The notes beneath the pieces are model-generated. The model was not told the DNA's origin. It made no database searches and saw only the letters and a program-made list of their open reading frames with translations. DNA of 64,000 nucleotides from Prosthecobacter debontii. GTDB taxonomy: Bacteria; Verrucomicrobiota; Verrucomicrobiia; Verrucomicrobiales; Akkermansiaceae. The DNA is taken from contig CAMBQC010000001.1 in NCBI GenBank assembly GCA_945869855.1, positions 4,849 through 68,848 on the forward strand, in the 5' to 3' direction. The first letter of the stretch is position 1. Each line of letters opens with the position of its first letter. This document shows positions 28,664 to 37,739 of this stretch, in pieces. Made by a program: the position numbers and the translations under genes.

Positions 28664-29926
28664 TCATTGGCGTTTCACCCAGATGTTGGCGAAGTCGATG
28701 GCTTGGCCGTGGTGCTGGAGACCGATCGGGCCTTCGGCGGGCATGCCGGCGAGGATGGCGTTCTCGATGACGGTTTCGCCGTTGAGGGAGACGTTCACGG
28801 TGTCGCCCTTAACAGTGATGATTGTCTGGTTCCACTCGCCGAGGGGGCGGTCGGCCTTGCGCTTGGGGGTGCAGGCGGCTTTCACCGCAGGGCTTTGTTT
28901 CGGATCGGTTCGATAGCCGTAGATTTCGCCGGAGCCGCAGGTCCAGTTCCAGAGGTTAATCTGGCACTTGCTTGCGCCGCGCAGGTAGATGCCGCTGTCG
29001 AGTTCCTCGATCTCGGCGAGTTCCTTTTTCCCGTTGGCACCGAGTTTGTCCGATCCGTCCGGCATGACGATGGGCTGCATTTTCTTCTCGCCGGTGCCGG
29101 CCCAGCGCCAGTCGAAGACCATCGTGAAATCCTTGTAGCTTTCATTCGTCCAAAGATCATTAGTCGCTCCCTTTTTACCGGTGTGCTTGAGGATGCCGTT
29201 TGTAGCGAACCAATTATGATCTCCCGTGGATTCGTATTTCCAGCCGATGAGATCGGAGCCGCTGAAAATTTTGGTGTAGTCGGTCGCTTTCAAGTCCGCC
29301 TCGTTCGCGGGGGCAGCGATCTCAAAGATGTTGATGTTGCGGAAGGAGATCTTGTCACCGTGGCCAAGGAAAGCGATCCGGCCGGAGCGGCGCTTCACGC
29401 CCTCGTGTTTCGGGTGTTTTTCAGAAAGCTCGGCGAGGTTTGCATCGAGGATCGAATGGCCGTTGAGGACGACCTTGATGGAGGTGTCCACCACTACGAC
29501 GCGTTGGTTGTTCCACTCCCCAGCGGGCTTGAGCCCCTCCTTTTTCGCGGGTAGCAAGGTATACATGGAGCCGTGGTACTGGTAGTCCTTAAGGTCTTTC
29601 CACTTGTCCGCGTAGTTGTCCAGAATCTGGAGCTCCATGCCGGTGTAGGCGCCGTCGCCGTCGCCGGGATAATGGATGCCGAGGCCGTTGTTGGTGCCGG
29701 GTTCTAGTTTGAAATCGAAATCTAGAATGTAGGAGGAAAACGTGGCCTCGGTCATGAGATTTTTTCCATTCGGCGTGCATACGATAAAACCATCCTCGAC
29801 GACATACCCTTCACCCGTCCAGCCGGTGAGATCCTTACCGTTGAAGAGCGGACGGAATTTTTCCATTTCCTGGGCAGACGCTAGGGCAGCGTGGAGGAGA
29901 AGCGAAACGATGATGATTGTTTTCAT
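28664..29926 (-). CDS. tandem DUF1080 (3-keto-glycoside hydrolase/hydratase family) secreted protein
   Basis: Signal peptide; two repeats with LFNGKDLTGW / IFSGSDLIGW, GEWN, G.I.FLGH / GPIGLQHH, FRNI / FANI. Confidence 0.88.
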   Translation of the reverse strand: MKTIIIVSLLLHAALASAQEMEKFRPLFNGKDLTGWTGEGYVVEDGFIVCTPNGKNLMTEATFSSYILDFDFKLEPGTNNGLGIHYPGDGDGAYTGMELQILDNYADKWKDLKDYQYHGSMYTLLPAKKEGLKPAGEWNNQRVVVVDTSIKVVLNGHSILDANLAELSEKHPKHEGVKRRSGRIAFLGHGDKISFRNINIFEIAAPANEADLKATDYTKIFSGSDLIGWKYESTGDHNWFATNGILKHTGKKGATNDLWTNESYKDFTMVFDWRWAGTGEKKMQPIVMPDGSDKLGANGKKELAEIEELDSGIYLRGASKCQINLWNWTCGSGEIYGYRTDPKQSPAVKAACTPKRKADRPLGEWNQTIITVKGDTVNVSLNGETVIENAILAGMPAEGPIGLQHHGQAIDFANIWVKRQ

Positions 29927-29932
29927 GGTGAA

Positions 29933-31009
29933 TCAGAGCTCGACGGTCTTCCCCGTGCGGAAACTTTCGTCCGCTGCCTCGACGATGCGCATGGAGGTGA
30001 TGGCGTCCTCCATATGGGCGGTGAGGTCTTTGCCGTGAAGAATGGCGTCGAGGAAAAATTCCTGCTCGAGGCGGCAGAGACCGTCGTGGTCCGGCTCACC
30101 GACGAGGGCGATCTCCTCATCGGCGCGGGTGAATTTCCCGTCCGGGCCGAGGGTGGAATGATGAACGAGGATGTTCTGGGTGCCGGTGTGGGCATCGACG
30201 TTGGCGCTCTGACCGCGGGCGGCAGATTGCGCGGCGATGATCGACGCGCTGCCTTTCGGACCGACGACATCCTTCACAAAAAACGCGGTCTCGCTCATCA
30301 TCGGGCCCCAACCGGCCTCATACCAGCCGACCGAACCATCGTCGAAGGTGACCTGGAGGTGGCCGTAGTTGATTTTCCCCTCGGGCAGTTCGTCGCTAAG
30401 CCGCGCGCCGATGCCGGAGACGCGGACGGGTTTCGCCCCGGTCATGCGGCACATGACATCGACGTAATGCACGCCGCAATCGACGATGGGGGAAACCGAA
30501 GACATCAGGGCGAGGTGGGTTTTCCACTCGGAGCCGGAGGATTGCTGGTTGAGATTCATGCGCATGACCAGCGGCTTGCCGAGGCTACGGGCGATCTCGG
30601 TGAAGCGGTTCCAGCTCGGGTGGTGACGCAGGATGTAGCCGATTACGAGCTTGCGGTCCGCGGCCTTGGCGGCGCGGACGACCTCCTGTGCCTTCGCGAC
30701 GGTTTCCGCGAGGGGTTTTTCGATAAACACATGGCAGCCCGCCGCGATGGCCGCGAGGGCATACGGCGCATGGGTCTCGATGTAGGTGGAGATGGCGACG
30801 GCATCGGGCTTCGTGGCGGCGAGGGCTTCGTAAAAATCCGAGAAGCCAGGGTAATCGACGCCGAACTCCTTGTTGAGGCCAGCGCGGCCTTCCGGCGAGC
30901 GGGTGACGAGACCGCAGATTTCGAAGCCTGCGAGCTGGTGATAAGCGAGGGCATGGGAGCGGCCCATGTGGCCGGCTCCGACACAAAGAATGCGGATGGG
31001 TGAGGACAT
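29933..31009 (-). CDS. Gfo/Idh/MocA family oxidoreductase
   Basis: VGAGHMG Rossmann fold, HVFIEKPLA, DCGVHYVD. Confidence 0.9.
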   Translation of the reverse strand: MSSPIRILCVGAGHMGRSHALAYHQLAGFEICGLVTRSPEGRAGLNKEFGVDYPGFSDFYEALAATKPDAVAISTYIETHAPYALAAIAAGCHVFIEKPLAETVAKAQEVVRAAKAADRKLVIGYILRHHPSWNRFTEIARSLGKPLVMRMNLNQQSSGSEWKTHLALMSSVSPIVDCGVHYVDVMCRMTGAKPVRVSGIGARLSDELPEGKINYGHLQVTFDDGSVGWYEAGWGPMMSETAFFVKDVVGPKGSASIIAAQSAARGQSANVDAHTGTQNILVHHSTLGPDGKFTRADEEIALVGEPDHDGLCRLEQEFFLDAILHGKDLTAHMEDAITSMRIVEAADESFRTGKTVEL

Positions 31010-31025
31010 GTGGGAATTGGGATGA

Positions 31026-32354
31026 TCAGTGGGTGCTTTCGCTGGCTGACGGTTTCAGTTTCTCCCAGAACAGCAGGAAGAACAGAACCAGCACGGCGAA
31101 GGCGAAGGCGGCGGGGACATACCAGAACTTCGCGAAGTCCACCTTTCCGTCCACCGAACACGCCGTGGCCCAGCGTCCGAAAAGCTGCGCGCCGAGGCCG
31201 AGGCCGAGGCCTTGGGTCAGCATAACGATGAGCGACTGCGCTTGGTTGCGGATGGCAGCGGGCGCTTTTTTCTCCGTGTAGATCATGCCGGTGACGAAGA
31301 AGAAATCGTAGCAGATACCGTGGAGCAGGATGCCGAGGAAAATGGGCAGAGTGAGCAGCGGCCCCTCCTGGCCGAACGCGAGGCCCCAGAGACCGTAGCG
31401 CAGCACCCACGCGCCCATGCCGATGGTGAGCATCCATTTCACGCCAAGGCGGGCGAAGCAGAACGGCATGATGACCATGAAGAAAATCTCTGACATCTGG
31501 CCGGTGCTCATCGCGCCGGTGGTGGATCCGAACAGGGTGACTCCCATTTCATCGACAAAGCCGGCGCCCTTCGCGTAATAACCGGCGAGCGGGATGCAGA
31601 TCAGGAAACTGGCCAGGGCGAAGACGAGGAAGTTGCGATTTTTAAGCATGCTCCAGGCATCGACGCCGAAAGCTTCCTTGATGGATATTTTACGGCCCTT
31701 CGAGGCGGGCAGTGTTTTCGGCAAGGTAAGGCAATAAACACCCAGAATGGCGGATGCGATCGCGGCGGCGGAGAAGATGTGCGGGGAGCTGTCGGAAAAC
31801 TTCACCGGATCGAGTCCGACAGAGCGGCAGACCCACATCGCCCAGTTTCCGGCGATCCAGCCGATCGTGCCCAACACGCGGATCACGGGGAATTGCTTTT
31901 CGGCGTTGTCGAGATGTTGGAAAGACAAGCTGGCAGTAAGGCCGAGGGTGGGCATGAAGCAGAGCATGTAACCGAGCAGGCAGAGGATCATGGGGTGGCT
32001 GAACTGCTCGCTGAGCGTGGCCGGAGCACCCGCTTCCGCGAGGCTTGGCGTCAGATAAAGGAGCCCCGCCCCGAGCAGAAACAGGATCGCGAGGACTTTC
32101 TCGGTGTTCAGGAAACGGTCGGCGATGAGGCCGAGGGTCAGCGGGGCAAGGATCGCCGCGATGGGCGCCACCGTGTAGGCTGCGGCATCGAAAGACCCGC
32201 CCGCTCCGGCGGTGGTCATGCCTTTCTCCACTAGGAAGCCGTAAAGCGCCACATACCACGCCCCCCACACGAAAAACTGTAGAAACATCATCACCGAGAG
32301 GCGCAAACCCAATAAAGTGCTCGTGGAACTTACAGGTGCGGAGGCGTTTGACAT
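31026..32354 (-). CDS. MFS transporter (nucleoside:H+ symporter family)
   Basis: LSVMMFLQFFVWGAW, FPVIRVLGTIGW, GQMSEIFF, LLHGICYDFFFV. Confidence 0.9.
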   Translation of the reverse strand: MSNASAPVSSTSTLLGLRLSVMMFLQFFVWGAWYVALYGFLVEKGMTTAGAGGSFDAAAYTVAPIAAILAPLTLGLIADRFLNTEKVLAILFLLGAGLLYLTPSLAEAGAPATLSEQFSHPMILCLLGYMLCFMPTLGLTASLSFQHLDNAEKQFPVIRVLGTIGWIAGNWAMWVCRSVGLDPVKFSDSSPHIFSAAAIASAILGVYCLTLPKTLPASKGRKISIKEAFGVDAWSMLKNRNFLVFALASFLICIPLAGYYAKGAGFVDEMGVTLFGSTTGAMSTGQMSEIFFMVIMPFCFARLGVKWMLTIGMGAWVLRYGLWGLAFGQEGPLLTLPIFLGILLHGICYDFFFVTGMIYTEKKAPAAIRNQAQSLIVMLTQGLGLGLGAQLFGRWATACSVDGKVDFAKFWYVPAAFAFAVLVLFFLLFWEKLKPSASESTH

Positions 32355-32476
32355 CCCCACCACTCCAAACGGATTCGCCGGAAGGGTCAACTTGATTCGC
32401 GGCGGCGGATTGTTCTCACATCCACCATTGAAGAAATCCCTGCGCTGGTGATACTGGCGGCCGTTTCCGCCCGATC

Positions 32477-33550
32477 ATGTCCAATCCCTCACTTCTTTTC
32501 CTTCTGCTTTTCACCATCCACGCCGAGGCCTCACCCGACGAGGCGCAGCGAATCAAACGCGGCTTTGAACTCGCGGCGGAAACATGGGGACTGAAGTGGA
32601 AAATCGCCCCTAGTCCGGCAGAGCGGGAAAAGTTGATTCTAATCCGACCCGATCCCGCCGCCTCGGCCACGGAACTTTGGCAGCAGATCGCGCCCTCTCT
32701 CAAAGAGGATTGGACGATCCCCTATGCCGCCTTTTTCCTGGATCTCACCCGTAACCTCACCGTCGTCGGCGCGGACGGCAATACTGGCACCGCCTTTTCC
32801 GAAGAACGGAAGCGCATTCTCGCTGCTTTTACCAAGAACCATCTTGCCAAGCCGGGCATCACGCCCTTCAGCATCGCCTTGGCGGATAGCGGAGATCCGA
32901 AGAGCCTGCCGCTTTTGGAAAAAATCATTGTAGAAAACCCCGACGAAGCCACCAAGGGCATCGCCGCGCTGGGAGCTTCCATGCTATTGAAAAACCTCGG
33001 CGACGCACCGGAAGTGATGAAAAAACGCCTCACTTACCTACGCCAAGCCATCATCATGGCCTCCGACCAGAACATCGCTGGCAGGAGTGTGGCGGACATC
33101 GTCACAGACGAGCTTTATCTGATTCGCCACCTCGCCAAAGGACGTGTCGCACCCGATTTGAGCGGTATGGATGTCGCCGGACGCATGGTGCAACTTTCCG
33201 GATTACGCGGAAAAACCGTGGTTCTACTTTTTTGGGACGCGAAGTCACCAGAGACCGACAAAATGATCGGCCTTACGAACCAGATGACTGTGAAATACGC
33301 TGGTAAGCCGGTCGCTATCGTGGGTGTCACGCCGGAAGCGATCGGCCGGATCCGCGAACTCCAGGCAGATGGCTCGATACGTTGGAACAACATCATCGAT
33401 CCTGAGGACAAGCTCGCCAAGGAATATCGCGTCGCCCTCCGCCCCGCCATGCTCATTATCGACCCTGCGGGAAAAATCGAATACACCGGACTGCCGGGAT
33501 CATTCGCGGAGCTCACAGTGGACGCTCTCCTCGCTGGCGATGCGCCGTAG
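32477..33550 (+). CDS. helical-repeat plus AhpC/TlpA thioredoxin-fold protein lacking CxxC
   Basis: GRVAPDLSG.D..G..V.LS.LRGKTVVLLFW; FWDAKSPET replaces FWAxWCxxC; later P...IIDPAGKI. Confidence 0.7.
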   Translation: MSNPSLLFLLLFTIHAEASPDEAQRIKRGFELAAETWGLKWKIAPSPAEREKLILIRPDPAASATELWQQIAPSLKEDWTIPYAAFFLDLTRNLTVVGADGNTGTAFSEERKRILAAFTKNHLAKPGITPFSIALADSGDPKSLPLLEKIIVENPDEATKGIAALGASMLLKNLGDAPEVMKKRLTYLRQAIIMASDQNIAGRSVADIVTDELYLIRHLAKGRVAPDLSGMDVAGRMVQLSGLRGKTVVLLFWDAKSPETDKMIGLTNQMTVKYAGKPVAIVGVTPEAIGRIRELQADGSIRWNNIIDPEDKLAKEYRVALRPAMLIIDPAGKIEYTGLPGSFAELTVDALLAGDAP

Positions 33551-33644
33551 CGGTGATTTGCTCCGCGCTCGCGAAGCATGTTTTGCGCTCCACACGAGTA
33601 TCTGTGGCCGTGAACTTTCCGATTCCGAATACACAGCAAAGGCT

Positions 33645-33676
33645 AAAAAAAGGGTAATCCTTTCGGATTACCCTTT
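33645..33676. terminator. bidirectional intrinsic terminator
   Basis: AAAAAAA-GGGTAATCC-tttc-GGATTACCC-TTT between convergent genes. Confidence 0.8.
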
Positions 33677-33715
33677 CAAAACAAAACGCGAACTATGAAA
33701 AACGAAGCAGGAAAA

Positions 33716-33880
33716 TTATTTTACGCCCTTTTTGGAGAGGCGAGTGCCCTTCGTAGCGCCTTGGCGGGCCTTGAACTTAGGGTTGGTCTTGCAGATCACA
33801 TACTTGGTGCCCTTGCGGCTGACAACTTGGCAATCAGCGTGGCGGCGTTTGGCGGAGGCAAGTGAAGAAAGAACTCTCAT
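33716..33880 (-). CDS. rpmJ: 50S ribosomal protein L36 (type B), not in the ORF track
   Basis: Translates as [54 protein letters not shown]. Confidence 0.93.
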   Translation of the reverse strand: MRVLSSLASAKRRHADCQVVSRKGTKYVICKTNPKFKARQGATKGTRLSKKGVK

Positions 33881-33967
33881 GGCGTAAAAATTGTTGGAAT
33901 TTGACTCACCATTTAGGCGGCGGGGGCGGGAAACTAGGAAACCGGGCGGATTTGTAAAGAGATTTCT

Positions 33968-34807
33968 TCAAGAAAGAGGATTTTTCATCATGAAGTTGAG
34001 CAGCTTGCCGATGCGGTCGCGCATCTGGTGGCGGGGCACAATGGCGTCGATGAGGCCGTGCTCGAGCATAAACTCAGCGGTCTGGAAGCCGGGCGGGAGA
34101 TTCTGGTGCGTCGTTTCCTTCACCACCCGCGGGCCAGCGAAGCCGATCATGCATTTCGGCTCCGCGATGTTGATGTCCCCGATGGTTGCGAAGGACGCGG
34201 TGACGCCGCCGGTGGTCGGGTGGGTAAGCACGGAAATGAACGGCAGCCCCGCCTCGGCGAGCCTTGCTAGCGCACCGCAGGTTTTCGCCATCTGCATGAG
34301 GGAAAGCATGCCCTCCTGCATCCGCGCGCCGGAGGACGCGGAAACAATGATCACGCCCCGCTTTTCCGCGATGGCCGTCTCGATCGCGCGGGTGATTTTT
34401 TCCCCAACCACCGAACCCATCGATCCCGCGAAAAACTTGAAATCCATCACCGCGATCATCGCCGGCTTTTCATGGATCGTGAGCCGTCCGGTAACAACCG
34501 CGTCGTTCATCCCGGTCTTGGCACGCAGGGCGGCGATCTTGTCCTCATATCCAGCGAAGCCGAGCGGGTTTGCGGAGAAAAGCCCGGCCTCGGTTTCCTC
34601 GAAGGTTCCGGGATCGGCCAAGAGGAAGATGCGGTCGGTGGAATCCAGCAGGAAATGGTGGCCGCAGTGAGGGCAGACCTGGAGGTTCTGCTTCAACTCG
34701 AGAATGTGGATCAGTGCGCCGCATTCCGGGCACTTGACCCACAGGCCTTCCGGCATGTCATCGCGTTTCTGTTGCCCGCGCAGGAGTGGTTTCTTGAAAA
34801 TGCCCAT
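33968..34807 (-). CDS. accD: acetyl-CoA carboxylase carboxyltransferase beta
   Basis: PEGLWVKCPEC..CPHC zinc finger, GSMGSVVGEK, SGARMQEG, PTTGGVTASF. Start MGIFKKP. Confidence 0.96.
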   Translation of the reverse strand: MGIFKKPLLRGQQKRDDMPEGLWVKCPECGALIHILELKQNLQVCPHCGHHFLLDSTDRIFLLADPGTFEETEAGLFSANPLGFAGYEDKIAALRAKTGMNDAVVTGRLTIHEKPAMIAVMDFKFFAGSMGSVVGEKITRAIETAIAEKRGVIIVSASSGARMQEGMLSLMQMAKTCGALARLAEAGLPFISVLTHPTTGGVTASFATIGDINIAEPKCMIGFAGPRVVKETTHQNLPPGFQTAEFMLEHGLIDAIVPRHQMRDRIGKLLNFMMKNPLS

Positions 34808-34951
34808 GAAATCGTTTTTTCGTATGAGACCCGCGCAGCGCGGAGGAGGTGACACTAAAGTCGGATCAACGCCCCGACAATCCCGATTTACCTCTCCTTC
34901 TTCCTTGAAATTTGAGCTTTGAAACTTGAATTTTCCCATCCTCCCACGGGG

Positions 34952-34980
34952 TTGACCCCGCGCGGGGCGGTTGCTAGGTT
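34952..34980 (+). promoter_or_regulatory. sigma70 promoter of ileS-lspA
   Basis: TTGACC-N17-TAGGTT, 11 nt before the ATG at 34992. Confidence 0.55.
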
Positions 34981-34991
34981 CCGCTCCCGCC

Positions 34992-37715
34992 ATGAGCAAC
35001 GCCCCGAATTACAAAGACACGCTGACCCTGCCCCAGACGGGATTCCCGATGCGCGGGGATCTCGTGCAAAACGAGCCGCAGCGCCTCGCGATTTGGGAAA
35101 AATCCGGCCTTTACGCGAAAATCACCGCCGCCCGAAAGGCTTCGGGCGCACCCGATTTCATCCTCCACGACGGCCCGCCTTTCGCCAACGGCGACGTCCA
35201 CATGGGCACCGCCCTCAACAAGCTGCTCAAGGACATGGTGGTGAAATCGAAGACCATGGCCGGTTTCCACGCACCCTTCGTGCCCGGCTGGGACTGCCAC
35301 GGGCTGCCTATCGAGTTCAAGGTCGTGAAACAGGCCGCCGGCCTAGAGCCCGCCGAGATTCGCCGCCGCTGCGAGGAGTTCGCCAAGGGTTTCATCGACA
35401 TCCAGCGCAACTCTTTCCGCCGCCTCGGGGTCTTCGGGGATTGGGAAAAACCTTACCTTACCATGGATCCCGCCTACGAGGCGAGTGTCCTCCGCGTCTT
35501 CGCGAAACTCGTGGAAAACGGCTCGATCTACCAATCCAAGAAGCCCGTGCAGTGGTCATACGGCGCGCAAACCGCTCTCGCCGAGGCCGAGGTGGAATAC
35601 GCCGACAAGGTTTCGCCGGCGGTGTTTGTGAAATTTCCCATCGTCACCGGCGAACTCACCGACAAGGCCTCCATGGTCATCTGGACCACCACGCCGTGGA
35701 CGCTTCCCGCCAACCTCGGCATCGCCCTGCACCCGGAATTCACCTACGTCGTCGGGAAATTTTCCAATGGCGAAACCTACGTGATCGTCCGTGAACTGTT
35801 AGAGGCGTTCACGGAAAAAACCGGCCTCGCCCTAGCTGAAACCCTCTCCGAAATCAAAGGCAAGGAACTCGAAGGCGCCGAGGCGAAACACCCGTTCCTC
35901 GACCGCACCTCGAAGGTCATCCTCGCGAATTTCGTCACCACGGAAACCGGAACCGGAGCCGTCCACATCGCTCCGGGCCACGGCGCGGACGACTATGTCG
36001 CCGGCCAGCAGAACGGCTTGGGCGTGCTCTCGCCCGTCGATGACGAAGGGCTTTTCACCGAGGAGGTCGGCCTTGCAGAGCTTGTCGGCGTGCACGTTTT
36101 CAAATCGAACGGTCGCATCATCGAGATCCTCGCGGAAAGCGGCCACCTGCTCGGTCAGGAGGAATACAAACATTCTTATCCTCATTGCTGGCGCTCGAAA
36201 ACGCCGATCATCTTCCGTGCCGTCGAGCAGTTCTTCATCTCGCTGGAAACCCTGCGCGGACAAGCACTGGAGGAGATCGACAAAGTGAAATGGATGCCTG
36301 CCTGGGGGCGCAACCGGATCTACGGAACCGTCGAGTCGCGCCCCGATTGGTGCATCTCCCGCCAGCGCACTTGGGGCGTGCCGCTTCCCGTTTTCTTCGA
36401 TGCCGACAACAAGGCCATCCTCTCGTCCGAGCTCGCCCACAAGGTCGCGGATCTCGTTGAGAAAGAGGGCACGAACGTCTGGTTCGAGACTTCCGATGAC
36501 GAACTCGCCGCCAAGCTCGGCCTTCCCGCCGGTCTGAAAAAGGGCAGGGACACGCTCGATGTCTGGATCGACTCCGGCTGCTCGCACGCCGCTGTGCTCG
36601 ACACGCATCCGGCGCTGCATTGCCCCGCCGATCTCTACCTTGAGGCCACCGACCAGCATCGCGGTTGGTTCCAGAGTTCGCTCATGCTCTCCACCGCCTA
36701 CCGCGGCCACGCGCCTTACAAGACCGTGATGACCCACGGCTTCGTCGTCGATAAGGACAAGAAAAAGCTCGCCAAATCCGACGCCGGAAAAGGCGGCAAG
36801 CCCACCGACGCCGCCTATTTCTACAACCAATACGGAGCCGATATCGTCCGGCTCTGGGTCTCCAGCGTCGATTGGCAGAACGAGGTTCCCTTCGGCGAGG
36901 ATCTCTTCAAACAAGTCGCCGAGCCCTACCGCCGCCTCCGCAACACGCTAAGGATTCTGTTAGGCAATCTGGACGGCTACGATCCAAAATCCAAAATCAA
37001 CAATCATCAATCAACAATCCTGGACAAGTGGATCCTGGAGCGCCTCCACGAAGTCACGAAAGAATGCCTCGCCGCCTACGAATCCTACGAGTTCCGCAAG
37101 GTCTTCAACGCGATTAACCAATTCTGCACCACCGACCTTTCCGCGATCTACATCGATGCGCTGAAAGACCGCATGTATTGCGACGCGCCGGATTCGCCAC
37201 GACGCCTCGCCTCGCAGGCCGCGATGTACGAGATATTTAGTAGCATCACGAAACTCCTCGCGCCCATCCTCTCCTTCACGGCGGACGAGGCATGGGAGTA
37301 CGCCGCTTTCACGGAGGGCAGCGTCCACGCACAGGATTTCCCGAAAGCCGATCCCGCCTTCGCGCCGAGCCAGATCAGTAAAGACGTGGATCGCCTTTTC
37401 CAGATCAAGGCCGTCATCCAAACGGCCATCGAGGCGCAGATCCAGGCGAAACAATTCACCCGCAACAACGAGGCCGCAATCGAACTCACCGTTCCGGAAT
37501 CCGACGCGCATCTGTTAGAAAAACTCAACGACCGCGACTTCGCCACCGAGTTCTTCATCATCGCCGAACTCACCGCCGCAACCGGCACGGAACTCACCGC
37601 CACCGCCCGCAAAACCGACCTCCCACTCTGCCCCCGCTGCCGCAAGCACGAGCCGCTTGTAAATTCCGGGCTGTGCCAGCGTTGCGACGATGTGATCGCG
37701 AAGCCTCTTACTTGA
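34992..37715 (+). CDS. ileS: isoleucine--tRNA ligase (type 1)
   Basis: LHDGPPFANG, GWDCHGLP, WTTTPWTLPAN, WCISRQR, DQHRGWFQS, C-terminal CPRC/CQRC. Confidence 0.97.
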   Translation: MSNAPNYKDTLTLPQTGFPMRGDLVQNEPQRLAIWEKSGLYAKITAARKASGAPDFILHDGPPFANGDVHMGTALNKLLKDMVVKSKTMAGFHAPFVPGWDCHGLPIEFKVVKQAAGLEPAEIRRRCEEFAKGFIDIQRNSFRRLGVFGDWEKPYLTMDPAYEASVLRVFAKLVENGSIYQSKKPVQWSYGAQTALAEAEVEYADKVSPAVFVKFPIVTGELTDKASMVIWTTTPWTLPANLGIALHPEFTYVVGKFSNGETYVIVRELLEAFTEKTGLALAETLSEIKGKELEGAEAKHPFLDRTSKVILANFVTTETGTGAVHIAPGHGADDYVAGQQNGLGVLSPVDDEGLFTEEVGLAELVGVHVFKSNGRIIEILAESGHLLGQEEYKHSYPHCWRSKTPIIFRAVEQFFISLETLRGQALEEIDKVKWMPAWGRNRIYGTVESRPDWCISRQRTWGVPLPVFFDADNKAILSSELAHKVADLVEKEGTNVWFETSDDELAAKLGLPAGLKKGRDTLDVWIDSGCSHAAVLDTHPALHCPADLYLEATDQHRGWFQSSLMLSTAYRGHAPYKTVMTHGFVVDKDKKKLAKSDAGKGGKPTDAAYFYNQYGADIVRLWVSSVDWQNEVPFGEDLFKQVAEPYRRLRNTLRILLGNLDGYDPKSKINNHQSTILDKWILERLHEVTKECLAAYESYEFRKVFNAINQFCTTDLSAIYIDALKDRMYCDAPDSPRRLASQAAMYEIFSSITKLLAPILSFTADEAWEYAAFTEGSVHAQDFPKADPAFAPSQISKDVDRLFQIKAVIQTAIEAQIQAKQFTRNNEAAIELTVPESDAHLLEKLNDRDFATEFFIIAELTAATGTELTATARKTDLPLCPRCRKHEPLVNSGLCQRCDDVIAKPLT

Positions 37716-37739
37716 AACTTGAATTTTGAAACTTGAATT
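37712..37739 (+). repeat. TTGAAAC/TTGAATT heptamer array (related arrays at about 3252-3283, 26506-26548, 34903-34933, 40233-40263)
   Basis: TTGAAAC TTGAATT TTGAAAC TTGAATT contains the ileS TGA and the lspA TTG. Confidence 0.75.
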
